Shown here one piece after another: positions 45,714-54,282 of a stretch of DNA of 64,000 nt (positions within the stretch are counted from its first letter, which is position 1; each line of letters begins with the position of its first letter). A program made the translations under genes and the position numbers. The DNA is taken from contig MTLY02000003.1 of the NCBI GenBank assembly GCA_002011035.2, positions 448,001 to 512,000 on the forward strand, in the 5' to 3' direction. The notes under the pieces were generated by a model. The model made no database searches and was not told the origin of the DNA. It saw only the letters and a list, made by a program, of their open reading frames with translations. The DNA is from Candidatus Hecatella orcuttiae. GTDB taxonomy: Archaea > Thermoproteota > Bathyarchaeia > Hecatellales > Hecatellaceae.

Positions 45714-46064
45714 TTAGACTAGGAGCATTCGCATGGGTTTTAGTGTGCGTTTGAAGGGGTCGAGGACCAGTCCCAAAATTTCCAAGGTGACCACGCCTAA
45801 CAGTGCCTCATCACCCGCCTCTCCTAGAATGACGGGGGTGCGGGCTTCTCCTTGGGGAAGGATGATGTAGCATTCTGAAACCTTCCGGGTTATCGCGCTT
45901 CCGTCGGCTAGGGTGAAGGTGTGCTCCCGCATGGGCTTCAGCCCGATTTTCCGCCATACTTTTTGGGGAAGTAGGGAGTAGGTTGCGCTGCTGTCGACGA
46001 GGAAGCGCACTTGCTCTTCTCCAGCCGGGCCCTTCACGGTTCCTTCGAGGTGGGTGATGCCCAA
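45714..46064 (-). CDS. clan AA (retroviral-type) single-domain aspartic protease-like protein
   Basis: FLVDSSATYS, LADG, ALLGVVTLE.LGL..DP; the catalytic-triad Gly is replaced by Ser. Confidence 0.8.
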   Translation of the reverse strand: MGITHLEGTVKGPAGEEQVRFLVDSSATYSLLPQKVWRKIGLKPMREHTFTLADGSAITRKVSECYIILPQGEARTPVILGEAGDEALLGVVTLEILGLVLDPFKRTLKPMRMLLV

Positions 46065-46384
46065 AAAAATATCCCCGCTTTTGAACGCGGTTTTCCGCTC
46101 TATTAAGCTTTACGCCCGTTGGATTGTGTGGTGTGAGTTTTTTGCAAGGTTTTTCAGGACTGCTGGTTTTGTAGGAGGGTGAGTCCGTAGGGTCTGGAAT
46201 GTTCAACTTTTCTTGTTGAAGGGTTAAGCGAGGTGTTCTCAGAAAGTTTAAGGGCGTCTTTCCGCCGAAAACCTATGCCACCATATGCCACTATCGCGCA
46301 CTTTTAGGGACTCTGCTCTGGGGCTGGGGTGTTGTGGTTTTTCAGGCGGCTGTTTAGGGTGGTTTTTGTTGTTTTTTGTTTACA

Positions 46385-46420
46385 TTTGTATATAAAATGT
46401 AAGCTAAGGTATATATACTG
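46385..46420 (+). promoter_or_regulatory. S-layer gene promoter (TATA elements)
   Basis: TATATAAA at 46389 and GTATATATAC at 46409, upstream of the S-layer ATG. Confidence 0.5.
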
Positions 46421-46474
46421 TCGGAGGGCTAGTTTGAGGTTGGAAATATCTAACGGTATGAGTGTGAGAAAAAG

Positions 46475-49400
46475 ATGAATACCATAGGCTTGAATATCGA
46501 CATGAAAAAAGGTTTAGGCATAGCAACCATCGCCATACTCCTCCTAGGAGTACTAGCCGCCATACCCATCGTCCTACCCAAAGCCCACGCAGGCACCCTG
46601 GGAACCATAACCGTATCATCCGACAGGTTCAGCGGCGACAACCTACTTCAGATAACCATCACAGACCCAGATATCGCCGCTGCCACTGCTGGAATGCCCA
46701 GTGTTGAGGTAAACGGCGTAGCCATAGACCTCTATCAAATAGTGGGAGGCGCTTGGGTTGCGTGGATCGTGGACGACGCCTTTGATACTCCTACAAACGA
46801 AGGCCGTCCAGCTAATCCGCCCAACCAAGAAGCCAACCTCGGCGCTAACGAACCGAATGCTGATGACGACGGTGATGGCGTCACAGAGTTGGGCGAATTT
46901 GATGAGGTCGTTGAAGAGTTCGACTTTGCTGATGCAGGTGTGACCTCTGTTACGATCATCTACCATGATGTAGATCCCTTCCAGGATGTTTCTGTGACCG
47001 TAAGCTACGGTGCCATCACGGGCGCTGTTACCCTTGACCGTGAAGAGTACCCACTAGGCGCTACTGTCAACATCGATGTAGAGGACGTAGACCTGAACGC
47101 CGACCCCACAGCTGCGGAGACAACCGCAGCCTTGCTGAACCTCGCCACCACCACAGGTGGTGCTGTAGGCGTCCAGACTATGACTGAAACAGGTCCCACC
47201 ACGGGCGTGTTTGAGGACGCCATAGCGCTGCCTGCGGGAACAGCAGTAGGAGACATCATCACGGTGACCTACGATGCCGGAGGAGACAACGTGGTGGTAA
47301 CCGCCGTGGTCACAGCCAACACAGGCGCCGTGACCTTGGACAAGGCGGAGTACGACATCAACGATGTGGCTACCATAACCCTGACTGACCCAGACCTTAA
47401 CCTCAACGCGGAGGCCGCTGACGAGGTTAACAACGTTAACGTGCTGAAAGTCACAGTAGACCTGCCGGCTGCTGTAGGAAACTACGCTGTGGACATGGAT
47501 GAGACAGGCGTCAACACAGGTGTCTTCACCGGCCAGTTCTCCTTCGTCCTAGACGACGGAGATGCAAACGACGACAGCACCGCTGGCAACGACCCCATCA
47601 TCGAAGTGGCCAGTGGAGCTACGATCACCGTAACCTACACCGACGCCAACACGGCGGACGGTCGGACGAACGTGGACCTCACAGCTACGGCTGACTTCGT
47701 CACCCACACAGGAACTGTTGCCTTGGACAGGGACACCTACGGCCCCAACGCCGTAGCTACCGTCACCGTGACGGACATGGACCTGAACACCGACTCCAGC
47801 GCTCGGGAGAGATACTACTCCTTAAACGTGCTGGATGTCACCAGCGCAGCTGACCAGAACGCTCCCCACGCCATCATGATCTTGGAGACGGGACCTGACA
47901 CAGGTGTCTTCACCGGCCAGTTCCGGTTCACCACCACAGACGGTGCAGGAACTGCTGGCACCATTCCGACGGTGGAAGTTGCCATCGGCGGAACAGTGAC
48001 TGTAACTTACACCGATGCGGTGGATGCAGCCGGTAATGCCGTGGACGTGACTGACACAGCTACCTTCAGAAGCCAGACAGGGTCCATCGACATCCTCAAG
48101 TCGGTGATCTCGCCGGACACCACCATCCTAGTCCAACTAACCGATCCAGACCTCAACACTGACGCCTACGTGGTAGACGACGCCTTCGACAGTCTGGCGG
48201 ACACAGCTCTGACCTTCTACAGCACAAGCTGGCCTCTTACCTCTGGCACTGAAGATGAACACCAGTTCGAAGATAGTGCTGCGGTTGAAACCGACTTCGA
48301 CGAGACGGGTGTTAACACAGGAGTCTTCGAGATACGAATAGACCTCAGCCACGCAACTGTTCTCGAAGCAGCCGGAGATACATTCTACGTTAAATACATC
48401 GATCCGGCTAACAGTGCAGGCGGCACCTCCACCCTCCAAGACACAGCCTCAGTTAGGACTAACACAGGGACATTGTCGCTGGACAAATCCGAATACAGCA
48501 TCGGCGATACGATAACGATAACCCTGACCGACCCAGATCTGAACACTGACCCGGAAGCAGCGGACACAACTCCCGACGACGGTGACGACACACTGGAAGA
48601 CAGCGAAGTCCTGATAAAGAGCAGCACGGATCCCACAGGCGAGGTCATAGTTCTCACAGAAACAGGCTGGGACACCAACGTCTTCACCGACACGATTATC
48701 GTGTCTGAAACCCAAGCCACAAATGACGAGTACCTTCTAGTATCCCGCGCCGACACGGTCACCGTCCAATACAGAGACGCGGCCACAGCCGGAGGCGGAG
48801 GAGCTATAACCATCACCGCTACAGCGACGATCACAGCCACCACAGGCACCCTCGAACTGGACAAGACCGTCTACACGCCCAGAGGAAAGGTCACCGTCAC
48901 AGTGACCGACCCCGACCTCAACGTCAACTCCCTCGTCAACGACGAACTTGATGAAACAACGGAAAGAGCCAGAGCCTTCACCACCAGCGACCCCACAGGC
49001 ATCTACTTCACCCTCACAGAAACAGGGCCTGACACAGGCGTCTTCCAAGCCATCATCACGTTGGCAGCAGCCACCAACGATGCTGCCGACGAGTTGAAGG
49101 CTGCGGACGACGACGGCCTGACGGTGGTCTACATCGACGCTGCGGATGCCGCGGGCAACTTGGATGTAGCCGTCAGGAAGACAGCTTTGGTCACCTACAA
49201 CACAGGCATCCTCAGCTTCGACATGGCCTCCTACACCATGGATGACTCACCTGTGGTCACCCTCAATGACCCCGACCTCAACCTTGAACCAGCCCTCAGA
49301 GAATCCGCCAACATCGCAATAACTTCAAGCACCGACCCCGCGGGCATAAGGCTGACCTTAACCGAGACAGCTGTCGACTCCGGAGTATTCTCGGAGAGCT

Positions 49401-49900
49401 TCACCTTCACCACAGGCACATCCCAAGGCACCAAGCTGCAGGCTGCCGTGGGCGACATCATCACAGCGGTCTACGACGACGCCGCCAACGCCGACGGTCT
49501 GGCACAGAGGATTAAGGCCACCGCCACCCTGACGGTGACCCCGGTTGCGCCCGGAGTTGTCATCTCCGCCGGTGCACCGTCTCTGCTGGACGTCAACGGC
49601 AACCCCATCGCCGCAGCCACCGTGGGCACCACGGTGCTCCTGTCCACCGAGATGACCAACAGCGCCGCTGAAGACCAAGCCATGCTCTACATCGTCCAGG
49701 TCAAAGACGCCGCAGGCCGTGTGGTGAGCCTCAGCTTCATCAGCGGCACCGTCCCAGCCGGAGCCACCTACACCTTCGGAGTTCCGTGGATTCCGGCTGA
49801 AGCCGGAGACTACACCGTCGAAGTCTTCGCCTGGCACAGCTGGACAGACCCGACACCCCTATCAGAAGTCAGCACAGCCACAGTGACCGCCACCTCGTAA
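46475..49900 (+). CDS. S-layer protein, Nitrosopumilus/thaumarchaeal-type Ig-repeat
   Basis: Signal peptide; highly D/T/A-rich; seven ETGxxTGVF-like and multiple DPDLN repeats; C-terminal YIVQV.D..G.VVSL...W.P..AG.YTVEVF.W domain; strongly biased codons. Confidence 0.82.
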   Translation: MNTIGLNIDMKKGLGIATIAILLLGVLAAIPIVLPKAHAGTLGTITVSSDRFSGDNLLQITITDPDIAAATAGMPSVEVNGVAIDLYQIVGGAWVAWIVDDAFDTPTNEGRPANPPNQEANLGANEPNADDDGDGVTELGEFDEVVEEFDFADAGVTSVTIIYHDVDPFQDVSVTVSYGAITGAVTLDREEYPLGATVNIDVEDVDLNADPTAAETTAALLNLATTTGGAVGVQTMTETGPTTGVFEDAIALPAGTAVGDIITVTYDAGGDNVVVTAVVTANTGAVTLDKAEYDINDVATITLTDPDLNLNAEAADEVNNVNVLKVTVDLPAAVGNYAVDMDETGVNTGVFTGQFSFVLDDGDANDDSTAGNDPIIEVASGATITVTYTDANTADGRTNVDLTATADFVTHTGTVALDRDTYGPNAVATVTVTDMDLNTDSSARERYYSLNVLDVTSAADQNAPHAIMILETGPDTGVFTGQFRFTTTDGAGTAGTIPTVEVAIGGTVTVTYTDAVDAAGNAVDVTDTATFRSQTGSIDILKSVISPDTTILVQLTDPDLNTDAYVVDDAFDSLADTALTFYSTSWPLTSGTEDEHQFEDSAAVETDFDETGVNTGVFEIRIDLSHATVLEAAGDTFYVKYIDPANSAGGTSTLQDTASVRTNTGTLSLDKSEYSIGDTITITLTDPDLNTDPEAADTTPDDGDDTLEDSEVLIKSSTDPTGEVIVLTETGWDTNVFTDTIIVSETQATNDEYLLVSRADTVTVQYRDAATAGGGGAITITATATITATTGTLELDKTVYTPRGKVTVTVTDPDLNVNSLVNDELDETTERARAFTTSDPTGIYFTLTETGPDTGVFQAIITLAAATNDAADELKAADDDGLTVVYIDAADAAGNLDVAVRKTALVTYNTGILSFDMASYTMDDSPVVTLNDPDLNLEPALRESANIAITSSTDPAGIRLTLTETAVDSGVFSESFTFTTGTSQGTKLQAAVGDIITAVYDDAANADGLAQRIKATATLTVTPVAPGVVISAGAPSLLDVNGNPIAAATVGTTVLLSTEMTNSAAEDQAMLYIVQVKDAAGRVVSLSFISGTVPAGATYTFGVPWIPAEAGDYTVEVFAWHSWTDPTPLSEVSTATVTATS

Positions 49901-49916
49901 AAGGAGCTGACCCAAA

Positions 49917-50618
49917 ATGTACCCGATGACACCCCAAAAATCCCTACCTTTCTTTATGGTAGCAGTGCTCATCGTCGCCGCAGCAGTTTTGCCTTTGGCT
50001 TTCGCCGCCCCCACGGTTGCCACGGATAAGGACACCTACGAGCCGGGGGACAGCCTTTCGGTGAGCGGTACAGCTGCGGCCAACGCTTTGGTGTCTCTTC
50101 AGCTGTTCGACCCCGACGGGGTTCGGGTGGCCATAGCCCAAGCGGAGGCCGACGCCGCCGGCGCCTACTCCGCCGCCAACATCTACACTTTCTCCGCCCA
50201 AGACCCCACAGGCACCTGGACGGTGAAAGCCTACGAAGGCGGCATAACCGCGGAGACTACCTTCCAACTGGTCTCCGAGATAACGCCCCCGGTAGAAGAT
50301 AGAGTCGCCGAACTCGAAGCCCAAATCGCCGACCTCACCAGCCAACTGGAAGCCCTCCAAGCCGAACTCGCCGCCATCGAACTCCAACCAGGCCCTGAAG
50401 GTCCCCAAGGCCCTCCAGGCCCTGAAGGTCCCCAAGGCCCTCCAGGCCCAGCCGGCCCAGCCGGTCCAGCCGGCCCTGAAGGCCCACCGGGCCCACCGGG
50501 TCCTGCCGGCCCAGCCGGTCCAGCAGCACCCATGGGGCTGACCTACGGAGCCATCATCATCGCCATCATAGCCATAGCCCTCAGCGCCGCCAGCCTAGCC
50601 AGAAAACCCAAAGCCTAA
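49917..50618 (+). CDS. membrane-anchored Ig + coiled-coil + collagen-like protein (SlaB-like stalk)
   Basis: Signal peptide, TDKDTY.PGD Ig domain, heptads, 15 Gly-Pro-Y triplets, TM with basic tail. Confidence 0.85.
   Translation: MYPMTPQKSLPFFMVAVLIVAAAVLPLAFAAPTVATDKDTYEPGDSLSVSGTAAANALVSLQLFDPDGVRVAIAQAEADAAGAYSAANIYTFSAQDPTGTWTVKAYEGGITAETTFQLVSEITPPVEDRVAELEAQIADLTSQLEALQAELAAIELQPGPEGPQGPPGPEGPQGPPGPAGPAGPAGPEGPPGPPGPAGPAGPAAPMGLTYGAIIIAIIAIALSAASLARKPKA
49965..50243 (+). repeat. 279-bp exact direct repeat, copy 1
   Basis: Identical by eye to 50799-51077 (offset 834). Confidence 0.92.
50391..50525 (+). repeat. collagen-like (Gly-Pro-Y)15 coding repeat
   Basis: Includes an exact 27-bp tandem ggccctgaaggtccccaaggccctcca x2 (50391-50444). 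Confidence 0.95.
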
Positions 50619-50638
50619 ACCCAAACCCAAAACCCCCC

Positions 50639-50651
50639 TTTTTATTTTTTT
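50639..50651 (+). terminator. oligo-T terminator of the S-layer operon
   Basis: TTTTTATTTTTTT about 20 nt after the stop codon. Confidence 0.65.
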
Positions 50652-50729
50652 CAACACTTCCTCGGTTAAGGTAATATAACCTAGCAGATAGTATAGTGGA
50701 TCACATACAAGCTCACCTAGGTGAAATGA

Positions 50730-51986
50730 TTGTTGAATAAAACCCTAGAAAAAACCCCCTCCCTTCACACCCTCTTGGCCGCCGGTATCCTAGCGGTTGT
50801 GCTCATCGTCGCCGCAGCAGTTTTGCCTTTGGCTTTCGCCGCCCCCACGGTTGCCACGGATAAGGACACCTACGAGCCGGGGGACAGCCTTTCGGTGAGC
50901 GGTACAGCTGCGGCCAACGCTTTGGTGTCTCTTCAGCTGTTCGACCCCGACGGGGTTCGGGTGGCCATAGCCCAAGCGGAGGCCGACGCCGCCGGCGCCT
51001 ACTCCGCCGCCAACATCTACACTTTCTCCGCCCAAGACCCCACAGGCACCTGGACGGTGAAAGCCTACGAAGGCGGCGCCTTCGCCACCGCCACCTTTAC
51101 CCTCCGAGGAGTGGTGGACACCACGCCTCCAAGCCTAACCCTCAACTTCACGCCCCTCAAGGCCGTCTACGGCAAAGCTGACACCTTCACCATCACCCTC
51201 ACCGCCGACGAACCCCTCCAATCCGCCGTCATCCACGTCAACCAGCAGGGAGCTCCCCTAGTCATCGACGGAAAATGGGCTGCCTCCGTGGAAGCCGCGG
51301 CCTCCCCAGAAGACCCCGCCCGCTGGAGCGGAAGCTACACCATCATGGAAGGCTACGACGGCCCGGCTCAAGTCCACGCCGTAGGCATAGACCTAGCCGG
51401 AAACAAGGGTGAAGCCACCGCCACCTTCCAAGTCGACACCGTCGCCCCCCAGCTGACCGTCACCGCGCCCTCCGCCACCACCGAGGCCACCGTCACCGTC
51501 ACCGGAACCGTCGACGACCCGGATATCACCGAGATAACCCTAACCTACGACGCTGCGGTTAAAACAGTCAGCGTGAGCGAGGGCTCCTGGAGCGCCACCA
51601 TCACCCTCCCAGCCGCGGGAAGCTACACCGTCCAAGCCACAGCCGTTGACGCTGCGGGCAACGTGGGCTCATCCCCCGCTGTCTCCATTGTCTACACTCC
51701 GCCCCCACCCCTAGAAGCCGAGGACATCATCGGCCCCATCCGCGCCGACATCTCCGATGTGAAAGGCGGCATCTCGGATGTGAAAGGCGGCATCTCAGAG
51801 GTTAAGGGCAGCATCTCCGAAGTCAGAGGCAGCATCTCCGAGCTGAGGGATGAAACCCGAGCCCTCAGCACAGCTGTCTCCAGTCTCACCGTCTACGTCA
51901 TGGTCGCCGTTGTGCTCTCCCTCGTCGCCGCAGTCGCCGCCATCATCTCCGTGGTAACCATCGCCCGCAAGGTCGTGCTCAAATAA
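50730..51986 (+). CDS. membrane-anchored triple-Ig + heptad-repeat stalk protein (SlaB-like)
   Basis: First Ig domain identical to that of the upstream gene; DTTPP/DTVAP and D.AGN Ig motifs; ISDVKGG heptads; C-terminal TM. Confidence 0.85.
   Translation: MLNKTLEKTPSLHTLLAAGILAVVLIVAAAVLPLAFAAPTVATDKDTYEPGDSLSVSGTAAANALVSLQLFDPDGVRVAIAQAEADAAGAYSAANIYTFSAQDPTGTWTVKAYEGGAFATATFTLRGVVDTTPPSLTLNFTPLKAVYGKADTFTITLTADEPLQSAVIHVNQQGAPLVIDGKWAASVEAAASPEDPARWSGSYTIMEGYDGPAQVHAVGIDLAGNKGEATATFQVDTVAPQLTVTAPSATTEATVTVTGTVDDPDITEITLTYDAAVKTVSVSEGSWSATITLPAAGSYTVQATAVDAAGNVGSSPAVSIVYTPPPPLEAEDIIGPIRADISDVKGGISDVKGGISEVKGSISEVRGSISELRDETRALSTAVSSLTVYVMVAVVLSLVAAVAAIISVVTIARKVVLK
50799..51077 (+). repeat. 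279-bp exact direct repeat, copy 2
   Basis: Identical by eye to 49965-50243. Confidence 0.92.
51750..51854 (+). repeat. 21-bp degenerate coding repeat x5 (IS[D/E]V[K/R]G[G/S] heptads)
   Basis: ISDVKGG ISDVKGG ISEVKGS ISEVRGS ISELRDE. Confidence 0.9.
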
Positions 51987-52039
51987 GGAGGAAAGACATT
52001 CCCAGCCCTAAATTCCTACATCAAGACTGTGAACAACCC

Positions 52040-52046
52040 TTTTTTT
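52040..52046 (+). terminator. oligo-T terminator candidate
   Basis: T7 run downstream of the stalk-protein gene. Confidence 0.45.
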
Positions 52047-52110
52047 CAGACCACCGCTTCCAGCGGAAACCTTTTAGCCTTCCCCTTCAGATAACTAAAC
52101 TCAGATAGGT

Positions 52111-52686
52111 TTGAACAGGAAACTTCTAGCAGCCCGCGAAGACTTGGTTAAAAAGATAGCTCAGATAGCCAAAAGAAAAAACCTAACTCTCTTCGCCTTC
52201 ATCAACGAAACCTTGGAGCAGCTGCTGAAATCCGAAGAGAAAGGCGTCCCCCTGCCGCAGATAGTGGAAGAATACTTCATCCTCAAGACGGCGAAGGAAG
52301 CCGGCTTCAACCTAACGCCGGAAAGTCTTTTCCATGGGCTTCTGGAAAAAGTCTTCCAGAAGGACGATCGAGCCCTCCGCGAGGCTTGGAGGGACATGGG
52401 AGGTTGGTTTGGGAAATACTTCAAAACCCTTTACTCCAATCAAGACTCTCTAAAGCTCATCGAGAAAGTCATGAGGACCATTCTGTGGGAGGCCTCGGAT
52501 TTCTCCCTCACGAAGGACGGTGAGGAAGTTTACCTCCGATGCATAGGCTCCCGGTGTCCCGCCTCCCACACTCTGCTCCTCTCCGCTCTCCTATCCGGCT
52601 TCATGGAAGCCTTCGACTACACGCCAGTTCGGAAGGACTTGGCCCGGGGGATAATATCCTTGACCTTCGTGAAAAGGAGGGAGTAA
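52111..52686 (+). CDS. putative ribbon-helix-helix + V4R/H-NOX-like domain protein (paralog 1)
   Basis: KLLAAREDLVKKIAQIAKRKNLTLFAFINETLEQ RHH-like start; W...G.WFGKY; aligns end to end with the next gene. Confidence 0.65.
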   Translation: MNRKLLAAREDLVKKIAQIAKRKNLTLFAFINETLEQLLKSEEKGVPLPQIVEEYFILKTAKEAGFNLTPESLFHGLLEKVFQKDDRALREAWRDMGGWFGKYFKTLYSNQDSLKLIEKVMRTILWEASDFSLTKDGEEVYLRCIGSRCPASHTLLLSALLSGFMEAFDYTPVRKDLARGIISLTFVKRRE

Positions 52687-52690
52687 AACC

Positions 52691-53308
52691 ACGACTGCGC
52701 CTAAAAAAGACAAAAAATTCATAGCTGTGAGAAGCGACCTCCTTCACAAGGTTATCGAAATATCCAACCGTCGAGGCACAACTGTCTACGGCTTCGTTAA
52801 CGAAATCTTCGAACAGGCTATCAAGGCTGATGAGCTTAACGCCACTCCAACCCAAGTGGTGGAATACTACAGCCTCATGGAGACCATGAAAAAGGCCGGC
52901 GCGGTGATCATCACCCTCGACATCCTAAACCATTGTATTGAGAAGCTTTCCCGCATAGACAAAGACCTGAGCAAGAAATGGTACACATCGGGTTTATGGT
53001 ATGGAAAATACCTCTCAGCCAAATTTCAAGACCCCTTGGAAACCTTGAAAAAAATATTGACCACCTGCTTCTGGGAGATCACGGAGGTGGAGCTGATCCA
53101 GAAAGACGAGGAAAACCTCACCCTGCGAGTGTTAGCTCCCAACCACACGGAGGTTCACACAGAGCTACTCCTGAGATTCGTCGAAGGAATTGTGAACTCC
53201 CTAGACTACAAGGTTCAAAGGGAAGAACACTGGAAAGGCATCATCCTCTTAGACCTTCAGAAAAGAATCATGCCCGCGGACATGGAATTAGAGATCGAAA
53301 CCATATAA
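52691..53308 (+). CDS. putative ribbon-helix-helix + V4R/H-NOX-like domain protein (paralog 2)
   Basis: KFIAVRSDLLHKVIEISNRRGTTVYGFVNEIFEQ; WY.SG.WYGKY; homology extends upstream of the ORF-track GTG 52727, so an ACG start at 52691 is proposed. Confidence 0.6.
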   Translation, partial: TTAPKKDKKFIAVRSDLLHKVIEISNRRGTTVYGFVNEIFEQAIKADELNATPTQVVEYYSLMETMKKAGAVIITLDILNHCIEKLSRIDKDLSKKWYTSGLWYGKYLSAKFQDPLETLKKILTTCFWEITEVELIQKDEENLTLRVLAPNHTEVHTELLLRFVEGIVNSLDYKVQREEHWKGIILLDLQKRIMPADMELEIETI

Positions 53309-53566
53309 CCCCTGCCGACGCCGGGGAATCCGCCCTTCAAAGGCCAACTTTATATATTCAGAGTCACGGAAAACGCTGATCGAAATGTACTTAAACTTCA
53401 AACCTCGCCGCAAAATAGACAGGAGTTGAGTTTTTCTTGTAAAAGCCCCTCTTCAACACGGCTTTTTTTAAGCATTTCATTTCTACAAGGTTAATACTTT
53501 TTGGAGTTACCCTATTTAAGGTACTACGCTGGATTGAGTGCTCTATCTAAAGGTGAGCCGGGAAAA

Positions 53567-54214
53567 ATGTTCAAAAATTGGAGTAAACCAGAAGGCGGGT
53601 CGGTGTTCCGGCGGTTTGAAGAAAAGATTCACAAGGGTCCACCGCTCAAGGAAAAAATAGCGCAAACCATTTTCAGGCTTAAACTTCAGCAAAGAAAACT
53701 GGAAGAAGCCGCATCCAAGCTTCAGCGCCATGACCGTGAATTGTTCGAAAAATGCGTTGCCGCCGAGCTGGCCAAGGATGATGCCAGAGCCGCCATCTAC
53801 GCCAACGAATGCGCCGAAGTGAGAAAAATGGCGAAGATAATCCTCCTCAGCCAGTTAGCCTTAGAGCAGGTAAGCCTGAGGCTGGAAACTGTCGAGGAAT
53901 TTGGAGACGTCCTAACCCAGATGGCCCCGGTGAGCGATGTGGTCCACAGCCTCAAAGGACGTTTAGCTGGAGTGATCCCCGAGGTCTCCTACGAACTCGG
54001 CTCCATCGGCGAGATGCTCAACGGGATGATGGTTGAGGCTGGAGCTGCCTCCAACGTTTCATGGACACCTGAAGCAGCTGGAGAAGAGTCAAAAGCCATC
54101 CTCAACCAAGCGTCTCTTGTGGCTGAAGAGAGGATGAAGGAGAAATTCCCCGACCTCCCCGCCGTCGCTACTGCTCAACGTGAAGCCACAGAAGGAGAAA
54201 AGCCCCTCCGTTAA
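53567..54214 (+). CDS. ESCRT-III / CdvB paralog (no winged helix)
   Basis: Snf7 core A.IYANE.AE.RKM...LEQ..LRLETV...GD; terminal FPDLP MIM2-like motif; ATG 53567 after AGGTGA. Confidence 0.9.
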   Translation: MFKNWSKPEGGSVFRRFEEKIHKGPPLKEKIAQTIFRLKLQQRKLEEAASKLQRHDRELFEKCVAAELAKDDARAAIYANECAEVRKMAKIILLSQLALEQVSLRLETVEEFGDVLTQMAPVSDVVHSLKGRLAGVIPEVSYELGSIGEMLNGMMVEAGAASNVSWTPEAAGEESKAILNQASLVAEERMKEKFPDLPAVATAQREATEGEKPLR

Positions 54215-54282
54215 GGTGTTCGACTTCCCGCAAGCAGAAATGGGTGAACCGTAGAAGAGTGAAGATGAGGGATTCTCTCTAA

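Noticed and set aside
46274-46293. TATGCCAC(C/T)A 10-bp tandem upstream of the S-layer promoter
   Set aside because: Only two copies; could be chance
49965-51077. Diversity-generating retroelement TR/VR pair or IS terminal repeats
   Set aside because: Copies are identical with no adenine-specific mismatches, and no reverse transcriptase or transposase is present
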